A DNA stretch of 64,000 nucleotides, from the NCBI GenBank assembly GCA_963735595.1, contig CAVTLK010000005.1, forward strand, positions 1-64,000. The letters run 5' to 3'. Origin of the DNA: an uncultured delta proteobacterium. GTDB lineage: Bacteria; Desulfobacterota; Zymogenia; Zymogenales; Zymogenaceae. The notes under the pieces were generated by a model. The model did no database searches. It had not been told where the DNA came from and was given only the letters and a program-made list of their open reading frames with translations. The translations under genes and the position numbers were made by a program. This document shows, piece by piece, positions 36,642-48,152 of this stretch (the stretch's first letter is position 1; the number at the start of each line of letters is the position of its first letter).

Positions 36642-39637
36642 ATGAACAGGAGATCATTTACCAATCTTATTGTTCACTTCCTGTTTCTCCTCATTGCGTT
36701 CCTTTTCAATTATATCCCGTGGATACGGCGATACATGAAATCGACCCATGGTTGGATTAATTTTTCCGTCGGTTTCAGGACCGAAAACGACAGCGTCAAT
36801 CAGGCGATCCTCTTCAGGGACGGGAAAGTCTCGGTCATGAAGAAGATCCCGGATGATATCGACGTAACGCTGATCTTTGTTGACGACAAGACGGTTCTCG
36901 AGATGCTGAGAATAACGCCCAACGAGGTGATAAACCTGCTGTTGAAAAACAAGATGAGAACGGACGGCAACCTGACCTATTTGAACCCCTTCAATTTCTA
37001 CATCTCGCTGTTGTTCGGGAAGAAACACAAGAAGCTGCTCGGCAGGCAGGTGCGTGCGGAGCTCGCGGAGAACCGGCGGGTCTCACGGGAGGCCAACCCC
37101 GCGTGCCTCAACGAGCTTTCCCGAAGGAAAGGGACACGAATACGGGGGGAGCGGGTCGACACGGGCGTGCAGCATCTCGCGGATCCATACCTATCAGAGT
37201 ACGTAATCGATGATTTTCCCCGCCTCGGGGGGTTTCTGGATATCCACTTCAATACGAAGCCGGAGGTATGCCCGGAACGTCCGAAGCTCCTGACCGATTT
37301 CTTTGTCAAGAACGGTTTCACGCTGTTTCCAAATAACGGCGGCGGACAAAACGAGCTCCGCCAGGCCCGCGCATTCAAATACCTGATGGAGAACAAGACA
37401 CCGATCATCAGAAGAAACGACCTCGTGGCCGGCACTTCGACGACAAAGGAGATCGGAGTAATTCTCTACCCGGACGCCCACGCCGCGCTGTTGTGGGGGG
37501 AGCTGAAATCGGCGGCCGACAGGCGGTTGAATCCCTACACGATATCCGATGAAACGGTACAGATACTTCACGGCCACGTCCTCCCCTACTGGATGGACAA
37601 GAACTTCCGAGAGTGGGTCAGGAAGCAATACGGTAATCCGCTCAGCCAGCAATTAGATGAGCGTTTTGCGGTCTATTTCCTCTTCAAGATCGCCGCCCTC
37701 TCCCACACGATCCTGGATTTCCCGAAGCTCCTCAGGATCGGGACAACGGGGCTCATGAGGGAGATAGACGACGAGCTGAAACGAGACGCGAGCGCGTCCC
37801 GACAGAAAAGGGAGACGCTGGCGGCCATGAAAATCTGCCTCGAAGGCATCACGGGTTACGCGAAAAACCTGTCAAAACAGGCGGCCCGTCTGGCGGGAGA
37901 GGAAGGCGATCCCGTCCGCAAGGCGGAGCTCCTGCGGCTCTCGGCAATATGCGACCGCGTTCCCGAGAACCCCGCCCGGACGCTCGATGAGGCGGTCAAT
38001 GCCATCTGGATCGGCTGGGTGGCGCTCCACATGGAAAATACGAACGCGGGGCTTTCCCTCGGCCGGATGGACCAGTGGCTTCAGCCATACTTCGTATCGG
38101 ATATGAAGAAGCTCACGACCGAGAGGGAGAAAACCGAGTACATCAAAAAAGCCATCGAGCTGGTCGGCTGCTTCTACATGCGCTGCACCGACCATCTCCC
38201 GCTGGTGCCGGATATCGGGAACTACCTATTCGGCGGAAGCTCATCGGACCAGGCAATTACCCTGGGAGGCATGACCCCGGATGGGAAAGACGCCGTCAAC
38301 GACATGACCTACATCTTTCTCAAAGTGACCGAGATGCTGGCCATCAGGGACCCCAACGTGAATGCCCGCTTTACGCCGGGGACTAACAGCGATGAGTACC
38401 TCAAGCGGCTGTGCGAGGTGAACCTGATTACCACCGCGACGCCCTCGATGCACAACGACCATGCCGTGATGAAATCCCTCGAGGAACTCAACTATCGGCC
38501 CGAGGACCTTCGCGATTGGTCGGCGACCGGGTGTGTGGAGCCGACGATCTCGGGCAAACACATGGGGCATACCAACTGTATGATGATGAACATGGTGGCG
38601 GCGCTGGAAATGGCCCTGAATAACGGGCGTCACCCCCTCATGAGATGGGACGTGGGCCCTCAAACCGGCCGGATATACGATGACGGGAGCAACGGGGGAA
38701 ACGGCGATTTTAAGACATATCGAGGACTTCTTCAAGGCGTTCAAGACGCAGTTCAAATTTCTGATCGACCGGTCCGTTGAGTACAACAACATGCTCGGGG
38801 AGGCCCACAGCGTCATCCGGCCGACGCCGCTGTTGTCTTCGCTGATCAGCGGGTGCATTACCGGCGGGAAGGACGCAACGAGGGGCGGGCGCGAAATATA
38901 ATTCGTCCGGTTCGGCCTGTATCGGGTTGGCCGACGTGACCGATTCGCTGATGGTCGTCAAGAAACTGGTGTATGACGATAAGAAGATCACCTTTACGAA
39001 GCTCAAGGAAGCCATCGACGGCAACTTCGAGAATAATCCCTCTCTCCATGCCACGGTGACCAAGAAGGTAAAGCTCTTCGGAAGCGGGAGCCGCGAGGCG
39101 GTGGCGATTGCAAACAGCGTGACGACATTTACCCACGATACCTACTTCGCCCACAGGAATTTCAGGGGCGGGAGATACACGGCGGGCTTCTGGTCGATGG
39201 CAAACCATGTCGCGTTTGGGACGCTGGCGGGGGCGCTGCCCTCCGGGAGACTGGCGGGAAAGGCCTTTACCCCCGGCCTTACCCCTTCGCCCAACGCGAG
39301 CAATAATATCCTTGATAATATCAGGGACGTCGCACAGCTCGATCCGAAGAAGATGAACAACAATATCGCCTTTAACGTAAAGATAGTCCCGGCCATGACC
39401 CATAGCCACGAGAAGACCGTCGATATCATGCGTTCACTGGTAAAGACCTATTTTGACCTCGGCGGGATGCAGATGCAGCTCAATGTCGTGAATTCGGACA
39501 TGCTCAAAGACGCGATGTACCATCCTGAGGACTACCAGAATCTGCTTGTTCGGATTTCCGGATACAATGCCTATTTTGTAACGCTCAATAAGGACATGCA
39601 GCAGGAACTTATCGAGCGGGCGGAGTATGGAATATAG
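36642..39637 (+). CDS. Glycyl radical enzyme with N-terminal SCP2-like domain (~1000 aa after correcting two +1 indels at ~38717 and ~38888)
   Basis: SLGRMDQ, ITLGG, GCVEP (Cys loop), LPSGR.AG, GGMQMQLNV, LLVRISGYNAYF (Gly loop); N-terminal DVTLIF...LLKNKMRTDGNL. Confidence 0.9.
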
Positions 39638-39784
39638 GATAGACCGGTAATGGAACACGTCTCATCAAACCATAACAAATCAGAGAGACATGCCGCATTG
39701 GTTAATCAGTCTCTCTGTCACGCTGACGAAATGCGGTTGCTATTGATCAGTCCTGATAACAAATAATCTATCATGGAGGCTTGC

Positions 39785-40802
39785 ATGAAGGCATTGATGC
39801 TCAAGGGTATAGGCGACCTGGCGCTCATGGACGTCCCCGTGGCGCCGGTCGGGCCGCGGGACGTGAAAATCAGGGTGGCCGAGTGCGGGCTCTGCGGCAC
39901 GGATCACTCGGTCTACGCGGGGACGCTCGTGCTGCCGGGCGATTTCCCCTTCTACATGGGCCACGAGCTCTCGGGCATCGTGGAACAGGTGGGCGACCGA
40001 CGTGAAGGATATCGCGGCAGGGCCAGCTGGTCGTCACCAACCCGGTCCGCTACTGCGGCGACTGCTACCGATGCCGCAACGGCCAGCAGCACTACTGCGA
40101 GCGGCTCTTTGAGCTCTGGAGGCCCAACGGGGGCTTTTCCGAGTTCGTCGTGGCCGACCGCCAGCAGGTCTTCGCCGTACCCGACGGGATAAAACCGGAC
40201 GTCGCGGCGTTCGCCGAGCCCGTGTCGGTCTGTATCCACTGTGTCGACATGGCCGATATCAGACCCGGTATGTCGGTGGCCATCACGGGGGCGGGGTCTA
40301 TCGGCCTGATCCTTATGCAGCTCGCCCGGCTCTCGGGGGCGTCTCTCATCTTCGTGACGGAGCCGGTGGCCTCAAAGAGGAAGCTCGCCCAAAAGCTCGG
40401 CGCCGACGTCGTCGTCGATCCGACGACAGGAAGACGTGGTCGCTCAAGGCTTTGAGGCGACGGGATACAAGGGATTTGACGTGGTGATCGAGGCCTCCGG
40501 CAACGCCGCGGCGGCAAATCAGGCGCTGGGGATCACCGGGATGAAGTCGACGCTCTTTTTCTTCGCGGTCTATCCCGGCGGACTTTACGATTCCCATCTC
40601 GCCGTTCATCATGTACACAAAGGAGATGACGATCAAGGCGGTCTTCTTCTCCCCCTATACATTCCCGAGGGCGATGAACATGCTCCCGAAGCTTGATCTC
40701 GTTTCCCTGATCTCCCACCGTTTTACGTTGGCCGACGCCCACAAGGCGTTTGCAGCCCACGAGACAGGCCAAGCGGTGAAAGTCATGGTCAACTGCGCCT
40801 GA
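39785..40802 (+). CDS. Zn-dependent dehydrogenase (MDR), several frameshifts
   Basis: GLCGTD, GHELSG, CGDCYRC, GAGSIG, DVVIEASG, KVMV. Confidence 0.85.
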
Positions 40803-40926
40803 GGGAGAGGCTTATAGAACGATTGCATGATAGGGTCGCCAACATTATCAGAGAGGCTATCATCGTTGGACGGTGGCTCGACAGGCTGAGATCTCCTCGC
40901 GCTCGGATAGAAAGGAGGACATCGGT

Positions 40927-41798
40927 ATGCACAAGGAAAGATTCTAAGTCGAAAGATGAGCTGCTGGACTATCTCGACGACAAGGCCGAGTGGCTCAGGA
41001 GGGAGATCATACGGCTGTCGTCCATCGCCGGCGGGTGCGCACCTCGGGGGCGGACTCTCTATGGCCGACATCATCGTGGCGGTCTACTATTACGCCATGA
41101 ATCTTGAAGCAGGGCGACCCGAACATGGGCCGATCGCGACCGCTTCATCCTCTCCAAGGGGCACGGCGCCATCGCCTATTGCCCGGTGCTGGCCGACCAG
41201 GGATTCTTTTCGCCCGACTGGCTCAACACCTTCAATAACCTCGACAGCCCCTTCGGAATGCACCCGGACATGAAGAAGATCCCCGGCTGCGACATGAGCA
41301 CGGGATCGCTGGGACACGGGCTTTCGGTGGCGGTGGGGATGGCGCTTACCGCCCGGATGGACAAGAAGAGCTGGCGCGTCTTTGTTCTTATGGGCGACGG
41401 CGAGATAAACGAAGGGATGGTCTGGGAGGCGGCGCCGTCGGCGTCCCACTTCAAGCTGGGCAATATCGTGGCGATCATCGACAGGAACACGCTGTCGCTG
41501 GACGGCCCCACCGAGGAGATCATGGCCATCGAGCCTATCGCCAAACGCTGGGAGGCCTTCGGGTGGCGCGTGTTTGATATCGACGGGCACGACATGGGAG
41601 CCCTCGTGGACACGCTGGACAAGCTCCCGCCGTCGTCCGATCCCACGCCCACCCTCATCGTCGCCCGAACGGTGAAGGGCAAAGGGCGTCGATTTCATGG
41701 AGAACAACCCTATCTGGCACTACGCGGGGCTGGACAAGGCCAAATCGGCCGACGCGCTTACCTGCATCGGGAACTGCCGCCCGAAAAGGAGGTCGTAA
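40927..41798 (+). CDS. Transketolase N-terminal subunit (frameshifted)
   Basis: HLGGGLS, DRFILSKGH, STGSLGHG, GDGE.NEG.VWEA, TVKGKG. Confidence 0.88.
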
Positions 41799-41799
41799 G

Positions 41800-42795
41800 A
41801 TGGCCGATGACGTACAAAAATCGATCGTTCTGGATTTCACCTATACGACCGACACCTATGACCAGTTTACCCAGGCCGAGGTCTACGGCAAGGTGATCAC
41901 GAAGATGGCCGAGGACAATAAAGACATCGTTGTCCTCACCTCCGACATGACCCGCTCCAACAAGACCGGGGATTTCAAGAAGACTTTCCCGGAGCGCTTC
42001 TTCAACTTCGGCATCGCCGAGGCCAACATGTTTGCGGCCTCGGCCGGGATGGCCGCCTGCGGCAAGATCCCGTTCGTCACCACGTTTGCGGTCTTCGCGT
42101 CCCTGCGCTGCGCCGAGATGATCAGGACGGACATCGCCTACCCGAACCTTCCGGTCAGGATCATCGCCACGCACGCGGGGCTTTCGCAGGGTAACGGCGG
42201 CACGACACATCACTCCACCGAGGACATCGCGATCCTCAGGTCGATGGCCAACATGACCGTCATCGTGCCGGCCGACTCCATCGAGACGGGAAAGGCAGTG
42301 GCTGCAACGGCCAAGGTGAAAGGTCCCGTCTATATCCGTATCGGGAGGGCGCTGGAGCCGATGGCGTATCCTGACGATAATTACGACTACACAATCGGCA
42401 AGGCCGTCGTCATGCGGGACTACGGCAAGGACGCGGCGGTCATCGCGTGCGGCGTGGCGGTAAAGGCGGCCTGCGATGCGGCAGACGAGCTGAAAGAGAA
42501 GGGGGTCAAGATCAGGGTCGTCAATATGCACACGATCAAGCCGCTTGATATCGACGCGCTCATGAAAGCCGCCGCGGATACCGGAAAGATCATCACCGCC
42601 GAGGAGCACAGCATCGTCGGCGGGCTTGCCGGCGCAGTATCGGAGGCGCTCACGGAAGCGGGGGTGGCCGTGAAATTCAAGAGGCTGGGAGTGCCGGATA
42701 TCTTTTCGGCCATCGGCTACCCGGATGAGCTCTATGCCCGCTACAAGATCGACAAGGACGGGATCGCCGAGACGGTGAAAAGCATCGTCGCGTAA
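41800..42795 (+). CDS. Transketolase C-terminal subunit
   Basis: FGIAEANM, GGTTHHSTED, GPVYIR, AEEHSIVGGL. Confidence 0.92.
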   Translation: MADDVQKSIVLDFTYTTDTYDQFTQAEVYGKVITKMAEDNKDIVVLTSDMTRSNKTGDFKKTFPERFFNFGIAEANMFAASAGMAACGKIPFVTTFAVFASLRCAEMIRTDIAYPNLPVRIIATHAGLSQGNGGTTHHSTEDIAILRSMANMTVIVPADSIETGKAVAATAKVKGPVYIRIGRALEPMAYPDDNYDYTIGKAVVMRDYGKDAAVIACGVAVKAACDAADELKEKGVKIRVVNMHTIKPLDIDALMKAAADTGKIITAEEHSIVGGLAGAVSEALTEAGVAVKFKRLGVPDIFSAIGYPDELYARYKIDKDGIAETVKSIVA

Positions 42796-42812
42796 CTATC
42801 CCGAAAATTGCG

Positions 42813-42844
42813 CCGCCCCGGCCCGTAATCTGACCGGGGCGGCA
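42813..42844. terminator. Hairpin between convergent operons
   Basis: GCCGCCCCGG...CCGGGGCGGC stem. Confidence 0.55.
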
Positions 42845-42923
42845 GTCTATTATGCTACCCGGTAAAGTGAACCCCCGGAACGATAACGGTTGGGATCGAT
42901 GCCCGAACCCAACGACTGCAGTG

Positions 42924-43709
42924 TTACTTCCCGAGCGGAATCATCAGCACTGACAGAAGGCCCAGCCTTTTTTCGTCTCGATAATTCGCTAACCCCAGTA
43001 CCATATCGAGGTGGCCCTTCTCCGGAGAGGCGCGGTACGTCCCCAGAAGTCGGTCCCACCACGGGAGGCTGAAACCGAAGTTTGAGTTCGTCTCTTTGAT
43101 AATGACCGAGTGGTGCACCCTGTGCATATCCGGGGTAATAACGAAAAGCCGGACTATCCTGTCCACGCTTAAAGGGATGCCTAAATTGCCGTGATTGAAC
43201 ATCGAGGCCGCATTGAGAATAACCTCGAAAATCAGAACCGCGAGGGCCGGAATCCCGAGAGCTAAAACGACCGCCGCCTTGATGCACATAGAAAGGACCA
43301 TTTCTATGGGGTGAAAGCGAATCCCACTCGTGACATCCAGATCAAGATCGGTATGGTGGACGCGATGGATGCGCCAGAAAAGGGGTATAGCATGGAACAC
43401 GATGTGCTGGAGATATATAATAAAGTCAAGCAAAAGGACCGAGAGTACAACAACCGTCCAGGGCGGCATCTGGATGTGATGGAATAATCCCCACCCTTTC
43501 TCAGAGCCCACGACGGCAAGACCGTAGGCACCGGCGCCGAAAACAAGCCGAAGGGTGATCGTATCGATAGCGGAAATGCCGAGGTTTGTAATCCACCGTC
43601 TGGACTTTGCCGTTCTCAGATCCCTGCGTGGGATTATAAGCTCCCAAAGAATAAGGATAAGAAGGATTCCAGCAAAAACCCCGAATCTGAGGAATGCTGC
43701 GTCAGTCAT
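42924..43709 (-). CDS. Sterol desaturase / fatty acid hydroxylase family protein
   Basis: His boxes H..FH, HRVHH, FNHGN, HRVHHS. Confidence 0.9.
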   Translation of the reverse strand: MTDAAFLRFGVFAGILLILILWELIIPRRDLRTAKSRRWITNLGISAIDTITLRLVFGAGAYGLAVVGSEKGWGLFHHIQMPPWTVVVLSVLLLDFIIYLQHIVFHAIPLFWRIHRVHHTDLDLDVTSGIRFHPIEMVLSMCIKAAVVLALGIPALAVLIFEVILNAASMFNHGNLGIPLSVDRIVRLFVITPDMHRVHHSVIIKETNSNFGFSLPWWDRLLGTYRASPEKGHLDMVLGLANYRDEKRLGLLSVLMIPLGK

Positions 43710-43781
43710 ATTGGATGTACCTCCTTCCTTTTAAGGCCGCTCCCTATCGCCTCACCACGAGCGGCCATCCCTTGAGATTGG

Positions 43782-45164
43782 CTATTGCCCGATCCCCTTT
43801 TCGCGGCGATACCACCGGACGATCACCCCGGGCGGGATACCCAGCAGATAAGCGATGATAATGATCTGGTTTATGAGAGTCGTCTTTACGACCCCGAAGT
43901 TCCGCCACCTCCGGGCGGAGGTCGTAACCGATACGGGAGCGACGGCGACGGCCCCCCTTTTCCGCAGGCGGCGGATCATCTCGAAATCATCCATGATCGG
44001 TATCTCCGGGAATCCCCCGGTCTTATAGAAGAGATCGGCACGGATAAACAGGCCCTGGTCGCCGTACGGCATCTGAAAGAGACGCGATCGCATATTGGCC
44101 ATCCACTCGACGGCCCGAAGACCAAACCCCTTCCCATCGATGCCCAGCATGAACGCGCCCGCGACGGCGCCGGTCCGGTCGAGAAGGTCGAATATATGTC
44201 CGTCGTATCCGACGGGAAGTGCGGTATCGGCATAGACGAAGAGAAGTAGGTTACCCCGGGCCGTCCCGGCCCCGACGTTCATCTGGTGCGACCGGGGGGG
44301 AGGGCTGCTGATGACCACTACCCCCGCCGCGCGGGCGACCGCGGCGGTTCTATCGGTGCTACCCCCGTCAACGACGATGATTTCCGTTCCGGGGCCGGCA
44401 TCCCGTGCGGAATCGATCGTCCCGGCGATGGTCCCTTCCTCATTTAAGGCCGGGATGATAACCGAGACGGTCGTTGCTGAAGGGGCCTTCCGTTTTCGTC
44501 GTTGCGCACGGCGCCATACCGGGAGATCCCGGGGACGATCCACGTCGTCAAGCACGTCAAGCACGGCGTATGAGAGCCCCGCCGTCCGGGCCAGCCGTTC
44601 GGTTCTTTCGAGTACTGCCGCAGTCGACCAGGGAATGCCCGTCAAGACGGCATCTATCTGCTCCTGCCGGACGCGATCGGAAAACCCAATCAGGTAATAC
44701 CCGCCGTCTCGTGCCGGGCCGAGCACCATGTCCCGACGTGCCGAAGCGGGGCCGGCATCGGGCGTCAGCACCCCGAAGGCCCGGTTAACGATAGAATCGG
44801 TCAGGTCGGGGATATCAGTCCCGACGATGACGACCGATCCGGCGCCGGATGCAAACGTCTGCTGAAAGGCGTGCCGCATCTTCGCACCAAGGTCGCCGCT
44901 TATCTGCGGGCGGTAGCGGATCCGTCCCCCCCCGTCCCCGAACGTACGTTTCATGAGACACCGGCCCGCCTGTTCGTAATGAACCTCGACGTTCGCCCTG
45001 CGAATGAAGGATAGCCTACCTGCCCACGACAGCGTATGCTCAATCATCCCGCGCGCCAGATCGGCGGCGCCGCGCCGGCCGAGTAGCGGAATCATGCGGG
45101 TCTTGGCTTTCCCGGGCCGGGGATACTTCGTGAAGATAATCAGGCATTCGGCTGCTGTATTCAT
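43782..45164 (-). CDS. Fused TIGR04282-like and TIGR04283-like glycosyltransferase (arsenosugar-associated)
   Basis: N-terminal FTKYP.PGKAKTR, VGTDIPDL, LGPA.DGGYYLIG; C-terminal SVIIPALNE, VVDGGS.D, PYGDQGLF, TSARRW. Confidence 0.88.
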   Translation of the reverse strand: MNTAAECLIIFTKYPRPGKAKTRMIPLLGRRGAADLARGMIEHTLSWAGRLSFIRRANVEVHYEQAGRCLMKRTFGDGGGRIRYRPQISGDLGAKMRHAFQQTFASGAGSVVIVGTDIPDLTDSIVNRAFGVLTPDAGPASARRDMVLGPARDGGYYLIGFSDRVRQEQIDAVLTGIPWSTAAVLERTERLARTAGLSYAVLDVLDDVDRPRDLPVWRRAQRRKRKAPSATTVSVIIPALNEEGTIAGTIDSARDAGPGTEIIVVDGGSTDRTAAVARAAGVVVISSPPPRSHQMNVGAGTARGNLLLFVYADTALPVGYDGHIFDLLDRTGAVAGAFMLGIDGKGFGLRAVEWMANMRSRLFQMPYGDQGLFIRADLFYKTGGFPEIPIMDDFEMIRRLRKRGAVAVAPVSVTTSARRWRNFGVVKTTLINQIIIIAYLLGIPPGVIVRWYRREKGIGQ

Positions 45165-45179
45165 GGGATGCGGCGATGG

Positions 45180-45905
45180 TTATTTCCCGGTTAGGTTCTC
45201 TTCTTTTTCCTTGAGGCTGTCTCTGGCATATTTGACAAGGACTGCCAGCAGTATGACGACAAGTGCCAGCGTCGCCAGTAATATCCACGGTACCCTTCCC
45301 ATGACGATGCCCTGATACAACGCGTCGGCCCCCACCACGTAAAGGATGACGCCAGGGATCATGCAGAGGAACGACCAGAGCGCATAGGTCCAGAAACGGA
45401 CTCCGGTCAATCCAAAGGCGTAGTTAAGCAGGTTAAAAGGAAAGATCGGCAACAGTCTCGTCAGGGCAACGATGACTGCACCGTGTTGTTGGGTCATCCG
45501 GTCAATTGTACGGAATCTCTCCTTTGTAGAAATCCACTGGGCGACGGCGTCCCGCGCGACGTAGCGGCTTATTATAAAGGAGAGGCTCGCCCCGACGGTG
45601 GCGCCGACGATAACGACGGCTACCCCAACGACCGAGCCAAACAGCGCCCCCGCTGCGATACTGAAGGGTGAACCGGGAAGCACCGCTACGGTCGCCAGGA
45701 CATAGATGCCGATAAAGACAACCGGGCCCCAGGGTCCCAGGCCCGAAATCCAGGTGCGAATACCTCCAAAGCTCTTTTCTATCCCGAGGACACGGAACAG
45801 AATGAAGAGCCCCAGGATGACAGCGATCAATACGATCGGTTTGGCCCAACCGGCGTGCTTCTCCTGAGCGGATTTGGACTTTTCTTTTTTTGTGGTGGTC
45901 TTCAT
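45180..45905 (-). CDS. TVP38/TMEM64 (DedA/VTT) membrane protein
   Basis: AAGALFG, RLLPIFPFNLLNYAFGLT. Confidence 0.9.
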   Translation of the reverse strand: MKTTTKKEKSKSAQEKHAGWAKPIVLIAVILGLFILFRVLGIEKSFGGIRTWISGLGPWGPVVFIGIYVLATVAVLPGSPFSIAAGALFGSVVGVAVVIVGATVGASLSFIISRYVARDAVAQWISTKERFRTIDRMTQQHGAVIVALTRLLPIFPFNLLNYAFGLTGVRFWTYALWSFLCMIPGVILYVVGADALYQGIVMGRVPWILLATLALVVILLAVLVKYARDSLKEKEENLTGK

Positions 45906-46046
45906 AAGAGTGCTCCGTTTATGGTTTCTGGACGCCCGGCACCCGTCATGCCGGATTCCCTGACGATAAAACGATCACCATTGAATTTCGTTTAATACTG
46001 ACATATAATTGAATAAGTGAATAGCATACTGCTTAAGGAGAGTTCA

Positions 46047-46520
46047 ATGGTCGTCAAAGCCGTCGTATTGGTATTTTGCCTTGCCGTTCTCGTGGGGTGC
46101 ACGGGCAAGCCCCCCAGGGACATCGGCGTTAAAGACGGGAAATTATCCCCCTGTCCGTCATCGCCCAATTGCGTCTCCTCACAGAGCGCGGCCGGTGATG
46201 AGGAGCACTATATCCAGCCGCTGACCTACTCGGGGAGCCCGGAAAACGCACGGGCCGCCCTTATCTCCGTTATCGAATCGATGAAACGCACCAAGATAAT
46301 CACCGCGGCTGATGACTATATCTACGCGGAATTTACCTCGCGGCTGTTCCGTTTCGTTGATGACGTCGAGTTCTACATCGACGACTCCGCGAAAACGATT
46401 CATGTACGATCGGCTTCCCGTCTTGGAAAGTCCGACTTAGGAGTAAATCGAAAACGGATCGAGACGATACGGGAGCTCTTTGACCGGCAGATCGGGTCAA
46501 AGCAGACGCCGAATAAATGA
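46047..46520 (+). CDS. DUF1499 lipoprotein
   Basis: Lipobox LVGC; CPSSPNCVSS, FVDDVEF, RSASRLGKSDLGVNR.R. Confidence 0.9.
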   Translation: MVVKAVVLVFCLAVLVGCTGKPPRDIGVKDGKLSPCPSSPNCVSSQSAAGDEEHYIQPLTYSGSPENARAALISVIESMKRTKIITAADDYIYAEFTSRLFRFVDDVEFYIDDSAKTIHVRSASRLGKSDLGVNRKRIETIRELFDRQIGSKQTPNK

Positions 46521-46572
46521 GCGGGTACCACCGGGGGTGAATGAACTCCGATCCGCAGTGGGGCGAGGCAGC

Positions 46573-48099
46573 CTACCGCGTCCATTTTAGCCACCGCGAA
46601 AATATCCGCTTGACCCCGGGAGTAAGCCTCGTACGGTTGTAGGCGTCCCCCAGTTGCCGGATGGTCTCGGCCTGGGTCGGGTAGGGATGGATAACCGAGG
46701 CTATCTTCCCCAGGCCAACGCCCGAAACCATCGCCAGGGTAATCTCGCTGATCATCTCGCCCGCATGCCGGGCCACGATTGTCGCCCCGAGGATCCTGTC
46801 GGTTCCCTTCCTGACATGAATCTTTACGAAACCTTCCTCCTCGCCGTCGAGAATCGGCCGGTCTGCGTCGGAAAAATCCTTTGTAAAGGTCTCCACGGCA
46901 ATACCTCGTTCCCGGGCGTCTCGCTCGTACATCCCCACGTGCGCTATCTCTGGGTCGGTGTAGGTCGTCCAGGGGACGATGAGCGAGGAGAGCCTTTTCT
47001 TGCCGAGGAAGAGGGCGTTCTGGATGACGATACGTGCCGCGGCATCGGCCATATGAGTGAACTTGTAGGTCATGGCCACGTCGCCGGCGGCGAAGATGTT
47101 TCTATTGCTCGTCTGGAGAAAATCGTTAACCGTAACACCGAATTTGTCGTATGCTACTCCGGCGGCCTCGAGGTTGAGTCCCTTAACCTCCGGGGCGCGG
47201 CCAACTCCCATGAGGAGCGCATCGCCCCGGACGATCCGCGATTTTTCCTGATTCCTGACATGAACGAGCGTTTTTCCCCGTTCGGCCGTGATCTTATTGA
47301 CGCCGGTGCCAAGCAGCAGGTCGATACCTTCGCGCTGAAAGGCACGGGCCAGGATAGCGGCGGCAGCGGCGTCCTCACGAATCAGGAACTGGGGCGCCAT
47401 CTCGATGATGGTGACGCGACTACCCAGCCGCCGGAAGGCCTGTGCCATCTCGCAGCCGATCGGCCCGCCGCCGACGACCACGAGGTGCCCTGGTGCCTCG
47501 GTCAGGCTAAAGATCGATTCATTGGTCAAATACCCGGATTCAGAAAGCCCCTCGATCGGCGGTACGACGGGACGCGCCCCCGTGGCGATGACGGCCTTCT
47601 TGAAGCGGATGACCGCCCCGCTTACTTCGACGCGATCGGGCCCGGCGAACCGTGCCTCTCCCAGAAAGACGTGCACGCCCAACTCTTCGGCGAATCTTTT
47701 CGCCGAATCGTGGAAGCTAATGTGAGCTCGTAGCTTTCGCATACGCTCCATCACGGCCGCGAAATCGGTCCGCGCTTCGCCGGCGCGGATGCCGAACCTT
47801 CCGGCCCCCGTGATTTCGGCCACGGTTCTAGAAGAACGGATAATCGCCTTCGAAGGTACGCAACCGGTGTTGAGGCAGTCCCCCCCCATAAGGCCGCGCT
47901 CAACGAGCGCGACTTTTGCCCCCAGGCCCGCGGCCCCGGCGGCGGTCACAAGGCCGGCAGTACCGGCACCGATAACGACCAGGTTATAGCGCTCGATCGG
48001 CGCCGGGTTAACCCAGCCGGACGGATGGGTGTTTTCGATGAGGGTTCTATTATTTGAATCCAGCGGCTTTAGGTTAATGGGAGAGTGCTTGATTCTCAT
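46573..48099 (-). CDS. Mercuric-reductase-like pyridine nucleotide-disulfide oxidoreductase
   Basis: GAGTAG, GGDCLNTGCVPSK, HPYPT; no C-terminal Cys-Cys pair. Confidence 0.88.
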   Translation of the reverse strand: MRIKHSPINLKPLDSNNRTLIENTHPSGWVNPAPIERYNLVVIGAGTAGLVTAAGAAGLGAKVALVERGLMGGDCLNTGCVPSKAIIRSSRTVAEITGAGRFGIRAGEARTDFAAVMERMRKLRAHISFHDSAKRFAEELGVHVFLGEARFAGPDRVEVSGAVIRFKKAVIATGARPVVPPIEGLSESGYLTNESIFSLTEAPGHLVVVGGGPIGCEMAQAFRRLGSRVTIIEMAPQFLIREDAAAAAILARAFQREGIDLLLGTGVNKITAERGKTLVHVRNQEKSRIVRGDALLMGVGRAPEVKGLNLEAAGVAYDKFGVTVNDFLQTSNRNIFAAGDVAMTYKFTHMADAAARIVIQNALFLGKKRLSSLIVPWTTYTDPEIAHVGMYERDARERGIAVETFTKDFSDADRPILDGEEEGFVKIHVRKGTDRILGATIVARHAGEMISEITLAMVSGVGLGKIASVIHPYPTQAETIRQLGDAYNRTRLTPGVKRIFSRWLKWTR

Positions 48100-48152
48100 G
48101 GAACCTCCGCAGGACGGGCCGGTTACGGGACCGCTTACCCTTTTTTTTAAGC

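Noticed and set aside
36642..39637. Pyruvate formate-lyase (pflB)
   Set aside because: It has a single-Cys GCVEP loop, not the Cys-Cys pair of PFL
46573..48099. True mercuric reductase merA
   Set aside because: Lacks the C-terminal Cys-Cys and N-terminal metal-binding domain; no mer operon
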